From positions 1 through 24,650 of the forward strand of contig CAMFEN010000001.1 in assembly GCA_945949375.1 (NCBI GenBank): 24,650 nt of DNA. The letters run 5' to 3'. Shown in pieces: positions 23,874 to 24,650 of this stretch (position 1 is the first letter of the stretch; every line of letters starts with the position of its first letter). The DNA comes from an uncultured Bacteroidales bacterium (GTDB lineage: Bacteria > Bacteroidota > Bacteroidia > Bacteroidales > Paludibacteraceae). Position numbers and translations under genes: made by a program. Below the pieces are notes generated by a model that saw only the letters and a list, made by a program, of their open reading frames with translations, ran no database searches and was not told the DNA's origin.

Positions 23874-24650
23874 TTATCCAAATAGGTTCTTGAAGAAGTT
23901 TTTCTTATCCGCCGACCCGGGTACAATGTTCGGACTATCTTGCAGTTGTTCTATCAGTTTCTTCTCGTCGCGCGAGAGTTTCTCGGGGATATACACGCCT
24001 ACGTTTATCAGCAAATCACCCGTGCCGTACTGCCGTCCGTATTGGTCTATCGAAGGCAGACCCTTTCCTCGCATCCTAAGCACTTTCCCGGGTTGCGTAC
24101 CGGGCGTAATCGTAATCTTCACATTCCCTGTCAGCGTCGGAATCTGCACTTGCCCGCCCAACACTGCCGTCGGCATATCCAGCAACAGGTTGTAAATCAA
24201 GTCGCTGCCGTCGCGCACAAAGTCCTTGTGCTCTTCTTCCTCCACCAGCACCAGCAAGTCGCCGTTCACGCCGCCTCGCGGTGCCGCATTGCCCTTGCCT
24301 TGCACAGTAAGTTGCATACCGCCGGCAACGCCCGCGGGGATATTGATTTCTATCACTTCCTCATCGCGCACCACGCCCTCGCCGTTGCATTTCGGGCACT
24401 TGTTCTTGATGATTCGTCCTTCGCCGTGGCAGGTCGGGCACTCCTCTTGCACCTGCATCATGCCGAAGATTCCGCGTTGCGAGCGCACCACGCGTCCCGA
24501 GCCTTTGCAGGTTGGACAGGTCTCGCCGCCGCTGCCGTCTGCGCTACCCGTGCCTTGACACGAGGAGCAGGTAACCAACTTGCGAACCTTGATTTTCTTC
24601 GTCGTCCCCGTCGCTATCTCCTCCAGCGTCAGACGCACCTTCACGCGCAG
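23874..24650 (-). CDS. dnaJ: Molecular chaperone DnaJ (C-terminal part; 5' end outside the window)
   Basis: Four CxxCxGxG zinc-finger repeats, GVAGGMQL...G-x-G, GDLLV and GTQPG...RMRGKG. The frame is open from 24650 (LRVKVRLTLEE). Confidence 0.96.
   Translation of the reverse strand: MRVKVRLTLEEIATGTTKKIKVRKLVTCSSCQGTGSADGSGGETCPTCKGSGRVVRSQRGIFGMMQVQEECPTCHGEGRIIKNKCPKCNGEGVVRDEEVIEINIPAGVAGGMQLTVQGKGNAAPRGGVNGDLLVLVEEEEHKDFVRDGSDLIYNLLLDMPTAVLGGQVQIPTLTGNVKITITPGTQPGKVLRMRGKGLPSIDQYGRQYGTGDLLINVGVYIPEKLSRDEKKLIEQLQDSPNIVPGSADKKNFFKNLFG

Overview
Chromosomal window from a Bacteroidota bacterium, most likely order Bacteroidales. Support: five Bacteroidetes-type sigma-A promoters (-33 TTTG, 20-nt spacer, -7 TAnnTTTG; two are one-base variants), a CarboxypepD_reg-type TonB-dependent receptor, a T9SS-type C-terminal domain, DUF4254/GT9 and a Wzi-like protein. 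Left part, minus strand: a partial secreted hypothetical protein, a small GNAT protein, a TonB-dependent receptor, and a low-GC Ig-like lipoprotein with its own promoter, long structured leader and terminator. Middle, plus strand: a candidate ~85-nt ncRNA, mlaE-mlaF, a stand-alone M6 pro-domain protein, an M6 metalloprotease, xth, lptB, a Kelch lipoprotein, a Wzi-family protein, DUF4254, GT9, a Kdo/WaaP-family kinase and GT2. Right, minus strand: dnaJ (partial), two unknown outer-membrane proteins, an LTA-synthase-family protein, two GT4s and an O-antigen ligase-like protein, whose 3' end overlaps the GT2 3' end by 146 bp. No tRNA, rRNA, CRISPR array or transposase was seen. The best leads are (1) the promoter-driven rod-shaped RNA with a divergent SRP-like apical domain, (2) the free pro-domain/protease pair, (3) a recurring, polarised system of 7-, 9- and 11-mer intergenic repeats with a shared ~38-bp core, and (4) the structured leader. 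All homology calls come from motif recognition only; no database searches were run.
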